From the NCBI GenBank assembly GCA_963695555.1, contig CAVOGR010000001.1:960001-1024000 (forward strand): a stretch of DNA of 64,000 nucleotides, read 5' to 3'. This DNA is from an uncultured Gemmatimonadales bacterium (lineage in GTDB: Bacteria; Gemmatimonadota; Gemmatimonadetes; Gemmatimonadales; GWC2-71-9). Each line of letters starts with the position of its first letter. The stretch's first letter is position 1. Below the pieces are notes generated by a model. The model was not told where the DNA came from and did not search any database. It saw only the letters and a program-made list of their open reading frames with translations. A program made the position numbers and the translations under genes. Shown here one piece after another: positions 8,915 to 18,247 of this stretch.

Positions 8915-9802
8915 ATGATTCCGAGAGTGTCCCGAGTGATTGCGATGCTCGCGGGGCTTGGCAGCGTGGCCTGTGGTTCCAGCCCGGCCTCTGATGCCAT
9001 CCGAGCGGGACCCCTGCCCGTCGCGGTCAGCATCCTGCCCCAGAAGTACTTCGTGGATCGGATTGGCGGGCCGGCCGTCTCGGTGTCGGTGCTGATCGGT
9101 CCGGGTCAGAGTCCCGACACCTACGATCCGACGCCGCGCCAAATGGCCAGCCTTGCCGGCACCCAGATCTATTTCACGATGGGGTTGGAGTTCGAGGAGG
9201 CCTGGCTCGGCCGGATGCATGCGGCATATTCCGGCATGACCCTGGTCGACATGCGTCGAGGGATCGAGCTGTTGCCGTTGGATGAAGACTCGGATCCAGG
9301 CCATGAGGGTCGTCAGGATCCGCACGTGTGGATGAGTCCACGGCTGGTGGCCGTCATGGCTGGGACCATTCGGGACGCCCTGATCGAGGCGCTGCCCGAT
9401 CGCCGCGAGCTATTCGATCATAATTACCAGCGGTTCGTCCGCGACCTGAGCGCCGTCGATGGTGAGGTCCAAGGCCTCCTTCGTGACCTCCCGACCCGGA
9501 CGTTCATGGCGTTCCATCCGGCGTGGGCCTACTTCGCCGAGGAGTACGGACTGCACCAAGTCCCCATTGCGAGCCACGGGAAGGAGCCCGGCGCCCAAAC
9601 CCTGGCGCGCCTGATCCACCAGGCTCGAGTCGAGCATATCCGGGTGGTGCTAGTCCAAGCCCAATACAGCCAAGGCATGGCGAAGACCGTGGCACAGGCG
9701 GCGGGTGCCAGGGTGCTGATGCTCGATCCGCTGGCGGAGGATTATGTGAACAACGTGCGGCATGTGGCCGAGCGGCTGGCGGAGGCGTTGCGCGAATCAT
9801 GA
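8915..9802 (+). CDS. znuA: Zn/Mn ABC transporter substrate-binding lipoprotein (ZnuA/TroA family)
   Basis: Lipobox SVAC, YDPTP, DPHVWMSP, FHPAWAYF, DPLAEDY. Confidence 0.85.
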   Translation: MIPRVSRVIAMLAGLGSVACGSSPASDAIRAGPLPVAVSILPQKYFVDRIGGPAVSVSVLIGPGQSPDTYDPTPRQMASLAGTQIYFTMGLEFEEAWLGRMHAAYSGMTLVDMRRGIELLPLDEDSDPGHEGRQDPHVWMSPRLVAVMAGTIRDALIEALPDRRELFDHNYQRFVRDLSAVDGEVQGLLRDLPTRTFMAFHPAWAYFAEEYGLHQVPIASHGKEPGAQTLARLIHQARVEHIRVVLVQAQYSQGMAKTVAQAAGARVLMLDPLAEDYVNNVRHVAERLAEALRES

Positions 9803-10533
9803 GTGCCGCGATCGAGCTCGAGCGGGTGTCGTTCAGCTACGGCGGGCCCCTGGTTCTGGAAGACATCGATCTCACCGTCGAAGAGGGCGAGTTCCTTGGC
9901 CTGGTGGGTCCCAATGCCAGCGGCAAGAGCACGTTGCTCAAGGTCATGCTCGGTCTCTTCCGGCCCACCGCGGGCCGAGTGCGGGTGTTCGGCCGCGATC
10001 CGGTAGACGGGCGCCACGCCATCGGCTACGTGCCCCAGTTCGCGACGTTCCGGCGGGACTTCCCGATCCTGGTTCGAGACATGGTGCTCCTGGGGCGGCT
10101 CGGCGCCACGCGGGTGCTGGGCGGCTATCGAGCGGCAGATCACGCCGCCGCCGAGCTCGCCATGCGTGAGGCCCAGGTCTGGGACGTCCGAGCCAACCCG
10201 ATCGGGATGCTCTCGGGCGGTCAGCTGCAGCGGGCGCTGGTGGCGCGGGCTCTGGTCTCGAATCCCAAGATCCTCATTCTCGATGAACCGACCTCGAACA
10301 TCGATGTGTTGGCGGAGGCCGACATTTTCACATTATTCCGGACGCTCAATGAGCGCATGACGATCGTTGTGGTGTCTCATGACGTCGGGTTCATCACCCA
10401 GTACGTGCATCGCGTGGCCTGCTTGAACCGGACCTTGGTGTGCCACCCCACCGGCGCCATCACCGGCGAGGTCATCGCCCAGTTGTACGGCACGCCGGTG
10501 CGGCTCATCGACCACGGCCATGACCACTCATAG
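9799..10533 (+). CDS. znuC: Metal ABC transporter ATP-binding protein
   Basis: GPNASGKST, LSGGQ, ILDEP, VSHD; His-rich tail; ATGA overlap. Confidence 0.88.
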   Translation: MSAAIELERVSFSYGGPLVLEDIDLTVEEGEFLGLVGPNASGKSTLLKVMLGLFRPTAGRVRVFGRDPVDGRHAIGYVPQFATFRRDFPILVRDMVLLGRLGATRVLGGYRAADHAAAELAMREAQVWDVRANPIGMLSGGQLQRALVARALVSNPKILILDEPTSNIDVLAEADIFTLFRTLNERMTIVVVSHDVGFITQYVHRVACLNRTLVCHPTGAITGEVIAQLYGTPVRLIDHGHDHS

Positions 10534-10539
10534 GATGCT

Positions 10540-11397
10540 GTGATGGGCGAGTTCTTCCGAACGCTTGCCACCGAGCAGTTCCTCCAGCACGCCTTGGCGG
10601 CGGGAATCCTCGCGAGCATCGGCTGCGGGGTCATGGGCTCCTACGTGGTGGTCAAGCGTATCGGCTACTTGGCGGGGGGTATCGCCCACGCCGTGCTGGG
10701 CGGGATGGGGATCGCGTACTTTTTTGGCCAGGACCCGATCCTCGGCGCACTGATCGCCGCGCTCGCGGCAGCCCTCATCGTGGGGTGGGTCAGCCGCCAC
10801 GGAACCGAGCATGTCGACACACTGATCGGTGCCCTGTGGGCCGTCGGCATGGCGATCGGGATTCTCTTCATTTCGCAGACCCCGGGCTACAACGTCGACC
10901 TGTTGAGCTACCTGTTTGGCAACATCTTGATGGTGGCTCCGAAAGGCCTGCTGTTCATTGCGATTCTCGACCTGATCATCGTGGTCTTGGTCTTGTTGCT
11001 CTACCGGCAATTCCTGGCCGTCGCGTTCGACGAGGAATTTGCCCTGCTCCGCGGCGTCTCCGTCGAGTTCGTCGATCTGCTACTCCTCTCCCTGGTGGCC
11101 CTCACGGTCGTCACGCTGATTCGGGTGGTCGGGCTGATCTTGGTGATCGCCCTGCTCACGCTCCCAGCGGCCATTGCCGGGCAATACGTCCGTTCCCTGG
11201 GACGCATGATGCTGCTGGCCATCGTTCTGGGGATGGGGTTTACGGTCGGCGGGCTGGCGCTGTCATTCCGCCCCGACCTCCCGGCAGGCGCTTCCATTAT
11301 TGTGGTGGCCGGGGTCGCGTACCTGGTGTCGACCGGGCTCCAGGCCGCCCTCAGGTGGCGGAAGATGCGCGGCTTACGAGGGCGACACTCCGCCTAG
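10540..11397 (+). CDS. znuB: Metal ABC transporter permease
   Basis: ABC-3 family features GGIAHAVLGG, LLSYLFGNIL, FDEEFA. Confidence 0.88.
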   Translation: MMGEFFRTLATEQFLQHALAAGILASIGCGVMGSYVVVKRIGYLAGGIAHAVLGGMGIAYFFGQDPILGALIAALAAALIVGWVSRHGTEHVDTLIGALWAVGMAIGILFISQTPGYNVDLLSYLFGNILMVAPKGLLFIAILDLIIVVLVLLLYRQFLAVAFDEEFALLRGVSVEFVDLLLLSLVALTVVTLIRVVGLILVIALLTLPAAIAGQYVRSLGRMMLLAIVLGMGFTVGGLALSFRPDLPAGASIIVVAGVAYLVSTGLQAALRWRKMRGLRGRHSA

Positions 11398-11422
11398 GCA
11401 CGCCGCGCTCCCCAGACCGACC

Positions 11423-12415
11423 TCAATGGCTCATCCGGTAGGTCAAGTACAGTCCCACCAGATACGTGATCAAGATGAACGCGGGTCCGGGCTCGATGAT
11501 CCACCAGCGTCGCTCGGACTTGTTGAGGATGTCGAGGATGGCGATCCCCATCATCAAGACCCCTACCAGCGCGCCGATGACGAGGGCCGGGTGGACCTGG
11601 GCCAGCAGCGATTCCGAGCCGTTCAGAATGTCCAATGGGAAGAGCACGGCGATGTTGAAGCAGTTGCTGCCAAGCAGCGTCCCGACGGCCAAGTTGTAGG
11701 CACCGGCCCGAATGCACGCCAGGGTCACCGCGGCCTCCGGCAGGGAGGTGGTGAATGCCAGGAGGATCATCCCGACGAAGCCCTGGGTCAGGTTCCATTG
11801 CTCCGCGAGATCTGCCGCGGAGGACGCCACGTACCGGGCGGCCAAGAGAATGACCAGCGAGGCGACGCCGAAGCCGATTACCGCGGACCCGATGGTGCGG
11901 GGCGGGGCTTTTCCGGTCGCCACTTCCTCCGGGGTGCGAAAGGGCGGACCCTCTCGATTTCGGTGCAGGAGCCGCATGCCCGCGACGTACGTGAGGCCGA
12001 TCACCAAGGAGGCCCATCCGAGGCCGACGAAGGTGGGGGTCGAGTGCGTGACGATCCCCATCGCGGCCATCACCGTGAGACAGATCGCCAACACGCCGAC
12101 CAGCGCCTGGTTGACGGCGACTCGGGTCAGGATGTGGCCCTGACGGTGCAGGAGGTCGGCAACGGCGAGGATGGCCATGTTCGCCATGCTCGAGCCGAAG
12201 AGATCTCCGACTGCGAGTCCGGGAGAGCCTTGCAGGACCGCATGTCCATCGGTAGCCAGCTCCGGGAGCGATGTCACGGCCGCCACCAGGATCGCGCCGA
12301 CCCAGGCCCCGCCGAGTCCGGTGACCTCGGCGATGGTATCACCGTCGCGAGCTAACCGTGAGCCGGCGGCGGCCACGGTGGCAGCGCTGATCAGGAACAC
12401 CAACCAAGCGGGCAT
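11423..12415 (-). CDS. Sodium:calcium antiporter (CaCA/YrbG-like)
   Basis: Two alpha-repeats TSLPEL...GSSMAN and TSLPEA...GSNCFN; multiple TMs. Confidence 0.88.
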   Translation of the reverse strand: MPAWLVFLISAATVAAAGSRLARDGDTIAEVTGLGGAWVGAILVAAVTSLPELATDGHAVLQGSPGLAVGDLFGSSMANMAILAVADLLHRQGHILTRVAVNQALVGVLAICLTVMAAMGIVTHSTPTFVGLGWASLVIGLTYVAGMRLLHRNREGPPFRTPEEVATGKAPPRTIGSAVIGFGVASLVILLAARYVASSAADLAEQWNLTQGFVGMILLAFTTSLPEAAVTLACIRAGAYNLAVGTLLGSNCFNIAVLFPLDILNGSESLLAQVHPALVIGALVGVLMMGIAILDILNKSERRWWIIEPGPAFILITYLVGLYLTYRMSH

Positions 12416-12729
12416 ATCAGTTCCGATTCAGGTCCTCGGGGGTCACCGGCCGACGCGCGAAGAAATGTCGCCGCGTAGCATAGCTCACAGGCGGCCGGTG
12501 GGGCAGGGCTTTGCGGTGGACGCCCCACGTCGCCCCCCGGGCCACGGGCTGCCCGAGGTTGAGACTAGGGAAAGCCCGGTGAAATCCTGGTGAAGCGTGC
12601 CTGAAGGTGTGACCCAGGATTGCCCAGTCTGAATGAGTCTTTAGGTTGGGTTCAGGACAGCTTTAGAGCCCACAGGCGATCTTGTAGGAGGTTCGAGCAA
12701 CTCGGTTCCACCTCAGCGAGGAGGGACTC

Positions 12730-13011
12730 ATGGTGGCGAAATCGGCGTCCAAGACCAAGCGGAGCCATCTCACGAAGTCGGCCGAGGTTGCGGGAGCCAG
12801 CCACGAGGAGCTGGTGCAATCGCTCGTCGCATCGCTCGAGAACAGCTTCTCCCCCGCAAAGCACGAGCACGCGCTGGAGTGGGCCATGCGCCTCTTTCGG
12901 GACTTAGATGAACCCACCCTCCGTGGGCTCGTCTACCGCTACGGCCTATTTGAAGAGCCCATGAAGGTAGAGGACGAACGACCGGCTTCTCGGGATACGA
13001 TCGAGGAGTGA
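12730..13011 (+). CDS. Hypothetical protein (93 aa)
   Basis: GAGGAGGG RBS before ATG; plausible helical composition. Confidence 0.55.
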   Translation: MVAKSASKTKRSHLTKSAEVAGASHEELVQSLVASLENSFSPAKHEHALEWAMRLFRDLDEPTLRGLVYRYGLFEEPMKVEDERPASRDTIEE

Positions 13012-13118
13012 CGTCCGACCCTGCCCGAGTGCGTGGAGGCAGGAGGCCGCGCGAGGTCGGTGTTGGAGACCCTGGACATAGCCCGATTGCGATCGAGAAT
13101 CACTGAGCCCGGGTCCCC

Positions 13119-13688
13119 TTACTCGTAGCCGGCAGCGTTCTCCCGGCCTGCCGGCATCCGGACCAACGTCACGGTGCTGGCCTGTGGTCCTTCATCGCCT
13201 TCCTCCTCGACGAAACGCACCTCCGCGCCCTCGGCGAGCTTCTCGAAGTTCCCGTTGAGCACGCTGTTGCGGTGGAAGTAGATCTCACGACCCAAATCAT
13301 CCTGGAGAAACCCGTAACCTTCATAGGGGAACAGCGTCAGGACCCGCGCTCGGTTGGGTGGCGGAGGGGCCTTCACCAAGCCCCGCCGGCGCCGGGTGTA
13401 GTCCTGCACCTGCCGCTTGGCCACATCGAACGCGTCCTGGAGGGCTGTTCTGAGGTCGGCCTGCGGCTGTCGCTTCACCACCAGCTCGCGCCCCGGCAAG
13501 GTCAAGTCGATACGCACGAGATACTGGATGCCCTCATTGCCGCGCCGGTGTGGTGTCTCAACCATGACACGGCAACTCATGATCCGATCCGCCATACTGT
13601 CGAGCTTCATTGCTTCGCTTCGGATTGCCTCTTCTTCGGAAATGGAGAGGCTGATGTTGCGAGTCGCGACTTGCAGCGGAAGCTCCAT
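13119..13688 (-). CDS. HPF/RaiA ribosome hibernation domain fused to cold-shock domain
   Basis: N-terminal CRVMVE...VRIDLTLPG...ALQDAFDVAKRQV; C-terminal GYGFL, IYFHRNSV, GPQASTV. Confidence 0.88.
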   Translation of the reverse strand: MELPLQVATRNISLSISEEEAIRSEAMKLDSMADRIMSCRVMVETPHRRGNEGIQYLVRIDLTLPGRELVVKRQPQADLRTALQDAFDVAKRQVQDYTRRRRGLVKAPPPPNRARVLTLFPYEGYGFLQDDLGREIYFHRNSVLNGNFEKLAEGAEVRFVEEEGDEGPQASTVTLVRMPAGRENAAGYE

Positions 13689-13738
13689 CTGTCACTCCTT
13701 CGCTCGATGTCGTCAGAATAGGTTCGTTACAGCAAGCC

Positions 13739-15166
13739 TCACCCCTTGATCACGCCCAGTGGCGTAAGCCTGGCCACCTTCCGAGCTAGGCCAGCCCGGT
13801 GGACCACATCGACCACCCGATCCACATCCTTGTATGCCAAGGGCGCCTCCTCGGCGAGCCCGCTCTTTGAGGCACAACGGACGACGATGCCGCGGGATTC
13901 AAGCTCACGGCGGACTTGGGCCCCTGTAACCGTGCGCTTGGCCGCCCCCCTGCTCATCGCACGGCCGGCGCCATGGCAGCAGCTGCCGAAACTGCGTTCG
14001 CCGGAGGTATCGGCACCGGCAAGGACGTAGGAGGCCGTCCCCATGCTGCCTGGAATAAAGACCGGCTGCCCGTGGGCCCGATACCGGTCCGGCGTCTCGG
14101 GAGAGGCCGGCCCGAATGCGCGCGTCGCTCCCTTCCGATGCACACACAGCTCCTCGCCGTCGTAGACCTCGAGCTTGGCGATATTGTGGGCCACATCGTA
14201 GACGAGGCGGGGGCGGTGCGCCTCGCCAAACACCCGGGCAAAGACCTCGCGGACGTAATGGGTAATCACTTGCCGGTTGACCCAGGCAAAGTTGGCGGCG
14301 GCGCACATCGCCCCGAAATAGCGCGCGCCCTCCGGCGAGTCGAGCGGGGCCGACGCCAGCTGCCGGTCGGGAAGGTGGATGCCATAGCGCTCCATCACTT
14401 GGTCCATTAACCGGACGTGGTCCGTGCAGACCTGGTGGCCCAACCCTCGCGAGCCGGTATGAATCAGTACGGTGAGCCGTCCATCAGTCAGGCCGTATGC
14501 CTCGGCGGCCGCGTCGTCGAATACCTGGTCCACCTGCTGTACTTCCACGAAGTGGTTGCCCGACCCGATCGTCCCGAGTTGATCGTGCCCGCGCGTCTTT
14601 GCCTTGGCGGAGACCGCGTCCGAATCAGCGGCCGCGAGGCAGCCTGTCGCTTCGGTGACGGCCAGGTCGTCTGGCGTGGCCAGCTCTCGCTCGACCAGAT
14701 AGCGGCAGCCCTCCGTCAGCACCCGGTCCAGCTCATCCGGGCCAAGTGAGAAGCGGGGATTTCGCCCCGGGCCCGACGGGATGCTCCGGCTCAGTTGGTG
14801 AACGACGGTCTCCAGGCGCCCGCCGGCACTCTCGGCGGTGAGTTCCGTGGCGAGGAGCCGGACGCCGCAATTGATGTCATAGCCCACCCCGCCGGGAGAG
14901 ATGACGCCATCGCGTACTCGGGTGGCCGCGACCCCGCCGACGGGGAAACCATAGCCCTGGTGGACATCCGGCATGGCGTAGACATAGCCCGTGACGCCCG
15001 GCAACGTGGCGACGTTCACCAACTGCTCGATCGATTGGTCCTTGGAAATTTGATCCCACAGCGCGGAGTCGGCATAAATCCGGGCCGGGACCCGCATGTC
15101 CGCTCGTGCTGTCCGCGGGATTTCGAACATCCACCCGCTTTGTCGTACTGCCTGGTAGTCAGGCAT
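13739..15166 (-). CDS. rtcB: RtcB family RNA ligase
   Basis: MPDVHQGYGFPVG, GYDINCG, GSGNHF, HTGSRG, HNIAK, HRKGATRA, PGSMG, HGAGR, EEAPLAYKD. Confidence 0.95.
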   Translation of the reverse strand: MPDYQAVRQSGWMFEIPRTARADMRVPARIYADSALWDQISKDQSIEQLVNVATLPGVTGYVYAMPDVHQGYGFPVGGVAATRVRDGVISPGGVGYDINCGVRLLATELTAESAGGRLETVVHQLSRSIPSGPGRNPRFSLGPDELDRVLTEGCRYLVERELATPDDLAVTEATGCLAAADSDAVSAKAKTRGHDQLGTIGSGNHFVEVQQVDQVFDDAAAEAYGLTDGRLTVLIHTGSRGLGHQVCTDHVRLMDQVMERYGIHLPDRQLASAPLDSPEGARYFGAMCAAANFAWVNRQVITHYVREVFARVFGEAHRPRLVYDVAHNIAKLEVYDGEELCVHRKGATRAFGPASPETPDRYRAHGQPVFIPGSMGTASYVLAGADTSGERSFGSCCHGAGRAMSRGAAKRTVTGAQVRRELESRGIVVRCASKSGLAEEAPLAYKDVDRVVDVVHRAGLARKVARLTPLGVIKG

Positions 15167-15177
15167 AGCGAATCATT

Positions 15178-15630
15178 TCATACGTCCAGGAGAAGATGGG
15201 CCTCGAGGGCGCCGTCCGTCTCCTCGAGCCTTGCTCCGTGATGCGTGGCTGCTTTCACCAGACTCGGTGACGTGCCGAGTGCTCTACCCCGCAAGCGAGC
15301 AAGGAGATAGGTGTGGGTGGCCTCGATCACATCGAACTCGAGCGGCATCCACTGCTCAGATTCGGCCAGGTAAATCAACTCATTGAGCCAGTCGACCAGC
15401 AGGGCCACGGCATCCGGAGAGCACACTTCGATCTCGCGCCAGGGCCCAGTCGCTTCCGGAAGCGGCTCACCCAGGGTGAGGCTGGCCAGCGCGCGCCCTG
15501 CTTCTCCGGCCACGTCGGCCAAGGAACCACCGTAGACCAACAGGTGGGCTTCGGAAGGGTGATCAACGAATCGGTGCCTCGGCGCGGCACGGTGTGGAGC
15601 GGGGACGGGTTGCTGTGAGGCTTCTGACAT
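15178..15630 (-). CDS. Archease (RtcB activator)
   Basis: DHPSE (cf. DHTAD), LLVDWLNELIY, VKAATHH, C-terminal LDV; directly upstream of rtcB; start 15630 or 15654. Confidence 0.85.
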   Translation of the reverse strand: MSEASQQPVPAPHRAAPRHRFVDHPSEAHLLVYGGSLADVAGEAGRALASLTLGEPLPEATGPWREIEVCSPDAVALLVDWLNELIYLAESEQWMPLEFDVIEATHTYLLARLRGRALGTSPSLVKAATHHGARLEETDGALEAHLLLDV

Positions 15631-15831
15631 GACCTCGTCGTCGAGCAGGACCACGGGTGGAGCAGGGACCCACGCACCTCGACCTCAAGATACGCCGGTC
15701 GAATCACGGTAACGAGGTGCAGACACTGCGGCCGTATCTGGAAGATGGGGATCGGCGATGGAAGCAGGCTTGATCCAACAATGAAAGTTGCTTCAAGGTG
15801 GGCGGCAAGGGTCGCCCAGACCTCATGGGTT

Positions 15832-16290
15832 CTACAGCGGCCAGCCGGCCGGCCGGGTCGCGGTCAAGAGAAGCAACGGCTCCGTAAGCGTGACGGGCGT
15901 CATTGTCCCCTGAGAAGGACAGAGCGCCGAGGCATCCGGGCTGCTGCCGTCCGGGGTGAGCAGGGTGACCATCAGCGTTCGCGCCATCGCGTCGGCCGGT
16001 CGTCCTTCATCATCCACGTGCATGGCATGACGGTCTCGATCGGCCGTCTCGATGCCGGCCGGCACCTCACCGTAGACCCAGCACACCACGCCCTGCAGGG
16101 CGTTCAGCATCCGATGGGTGAGCGGCATGCTCTCACCACCCAGCGTGATGAGCCCGAACTGGAGTTGCCCGAAGTCCTCCCGCCGATGGAGCAGGAACCC
16201 GTACTTGTAGGTCTCCCCTTCGCTCGCGGCGCCGGCGATAACCTGTCTGAGCTTTTCCTGGACCGTTTCGACGATGTTGCGTGCGTCCAT
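15832..16290 (-). CDS. Hypothetical protein (152 aa)
   Basis: AGGAG RBS before ATG; follows sigma54-like promoter. Confidence 0.6.
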   Translation of the reverse strand: MDARNIVETVQEKLRQVIAGAASEGETYKYGFLLHRREDFGQLQFGLITLGGESMPLTHRMLNALQGVVCWVYGEVPAGIETADRDRHAMHVDDEGRPADAMARTLMVTLLTPDGSSPDASALCPSQGTMTPVTLTEPLLLLTATRPAGWPL

Positions 16291-16345
16291 GAGTCACTCC
16301 TGGAGTGCATCCGGACATCGGTGTGCTCGCTCACATCGTCTCACT

Positions 16346-16361
16346 TGCATAAGCCGGGCCA
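16346..16361 (-). promoter_or_regulatory. Putative sigma54 -24/-12 promoter
   Basis: Minus strand TGGCCCGGCTTATGCA (GG-N10-GC). Confidence 0.55.
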
Positions 16362-16400
16362 CCTGCGCCCTGGGTTAGGCAGTGCCTGAGATAAGCAGTG

Positions 16401-16413
16401 TAAGTCGTTGAAA
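16401..16413. promoter_or_regulatory. Putative IHF site
   Basis: TAAGTCGTTGAAA, one mismatch to YAANNNNTTGATW, in an AT-rich patch 40 bp upstream of the -24 element. Confidence 0.4.
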
Positions 16414-16688
16414 GACAGCATATTATCGATGCCCATATGATGCACTTTCCGAATTGCGCCCCAGGCCTGTGCGGTGGCCTGCCTCCACGATGTCTGGCAA
16501 GTTCCTTTCTCGCCCGAGATGAATCAGCCCTTGGCCCTCGAGACTCGGCGCACCGCTGAGGGCGATTGAGTCGATCTGCGTCTTTTCCTTTCGCGCACTC
16601 AGCGCGTGGCGTTGGTCTCATGGTGCCTTCAGGGTCCTTTCATCCCAGCTGGCCCATTCTTAGTATTGGCCCCGCCAGGAGACGGCAC

Positions 16689-17363
16689 ATGTTTCAGGAC
16701 CGGGTGGATGGGGGGCAACAGCTAGCGCGTGCGCTCGGCGGATATCGCGAGTTCCATCCCATAGTCGTCGCCTTGCCGCGGGGCGGGGTGCCAGTCGGGT
16801 ATGAGGTGGCGCGGGCGTTTGACGCGGACCTCGACGTCATCGTGGTCCGGAAGCTCGGGGCACCGGGGAATCCGGAATTTGCTATCGGCGCGGTCGCGCC
16901 GGGCATTACGGAGGTCAATCGTTCGGTAGTCGACACGTACGGCATCCCCGAGCGGTACATCGAGGACGTGATCCGGCAGGAGCGTGCCGAACTCGAGCGT
17001 CAGGAGCGGCTGTACCGGAGTGGGCGTGATCCGATTCAGGTCGCGGGGCGAACGGTGCTGGTGATCGACGACGGTTTGGCTACCGGGGCGACTGCTTCGG
17101 CGGCCGTCGCCTCCATTCGAACCCATGGGCCGGACCGGGTGATCTTCGGCGCCCCCGTGTGCGCTTGTGATAGCGCCGATGATCTCGCCCCGAAGACGGA
17201 CGGGGTGGTGTGTGTGCTCCGCCCGCGTGACTTTGCCGCTGTGAGCATCTGGTATCGCGATTTCACCCCGACCACCGATGCGGACGTAACCGACTGCCTC
17301 AACCGGGCCTCGAGGGCGCGACCCCCGGTGGGCAGCCAGCCTTGGGAGAGAGAACGATCATGA
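16689..17363 (+). CDS. Phosphoribosyltransferase-like protein
   Basis: MFQDRVDGG, LPRGGVPV, VRKLGAPGNPE, PRPP-binding VIDDGLATGAT. Confidence 0.88.
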   Translation: MFQDRVDGGQQLARALGGYREFHPIVVALPRGGVPVGYEVARAFDADLDVIVVRKLGAPGNPEFAIGAVAPGITEVNRSVVDTYGIPERYIEDVIRQERAELERQERLYRSGRDPIQVAGRTVLVIDDGLATGATASAAVASIRTHGPDRVIFGAPVCACDSADDLAPKTDGVVCVLRPRDFAAVSIWYRDFTPTTDADVTDCLNRASRARPPVGSQPWERERS

Positions 17364-18034
17364 GGACGCTCGAACGGCAGCGGCTCGAACGGCCCGTTGT
17401 CATCCCGGCCGGCCCGGTTCGCTTGAGCGGCGATGTGGCGGTACCCGCTGGGGCGCAGGGGCTGGTGCTGTTTGCGCACGGAAGTGGGAGCAGTCGGTTC
17501 AGCCCACGCAATCGGATGGTGGCCGCCGAGCTGAGGCGGTCGGGGGTTGGCACCCTGCTGTTCGATCTCCTTACCGATCGTGAGGCGGGCAACCGGGCCC
17601 GGGTGTTCGACATTCCGCTCTTGGCCGAGCGACTGTGGTATGCGACCAGCTGGGCACTCGCCGAGCCCGACCTTCGCGGGTTACGGGTCGGTTACTTCGG
17701 CGCGAGCACGGGGGCGGCGGCGGCGCTGGTTGCCGCGGCCCGGCGCGATTCGCCGGTCGGCGCAATCGTGTCCCGTGGCGGCCGTCCGGATCTCGCGGCG
17801 GACGCACTGCCCATCGTTGCCGCACCAACCCTTCTCATCGTCGGGGCCAAGGACGACATGGTGCTCGATCTCAACCAGAGCGCGTTCGACCGGCTGACCT
17901 GCCACAAGCAATTGGAGGTCGTCCCTCGAGCGACCCACTTGTTCGAAGAACCCGGTGCCCTCGAGCGGGTAGCCCAGGTGGCCGCCGAGTGGTTCACCCA
18001 ATACCTGGGGACGAAGGAGGCTCAGGGAGCGTAA
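17360..18034 (+). CDS. Alpha/beta hydrolase (dienelactone hydrolase-like)
   Basis: FAHGSGSSRFSPRN, GYFGASTGAAA, SRGGRPDL, ATHLFEEPG; ATGA overlap. Confidence 0.88.
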   Translation: MRTLERQRLERPVVIPAGPVRLSGDVAVPAGAQGLVLFAHGSGSSRFSPRNRMVAAELRRSGVGTLLFDLLTDREAGNRARVFDIPLLAERLWYATSWALAEPDLRGLRVGYFGASTGAAAALVAAARRDSPVGAIVSRGGRPDLAADALPIVAAPTLLIVGAKDDMVLDLNQSAFDRLTCHKQLEVVPRATHLFEEPGALERVAQVAAEWFTQYLGTKEAQGA

Positions 18035-18247
18035 CTGCCACGGTGCTCGGTGAATATCCGGAGTACCTGTGGGAGCAGTAGCTGTCAGGCTCGGTGTTCC
18101 GCTGTGAAACCGAAGCGAAGCGCCTTCGTAGTGATGGAAGCTCAACGTTGCCATGGCTTTCCATTACCCGTCCGCGGGGCGCACGCACGGTTGAGTCGTG
18201 CGCGTTCCCGGCCCGGTAGGCCGTCTACCCCTTTCCGGGATCAGTTG

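Noticed and set aside
16495..16665. Plus-strand sigma54 promoters for the PRTase gene (TGGCAAG..., TGGCCCA...)
   Set aside because: Neither has the required GC at -12.
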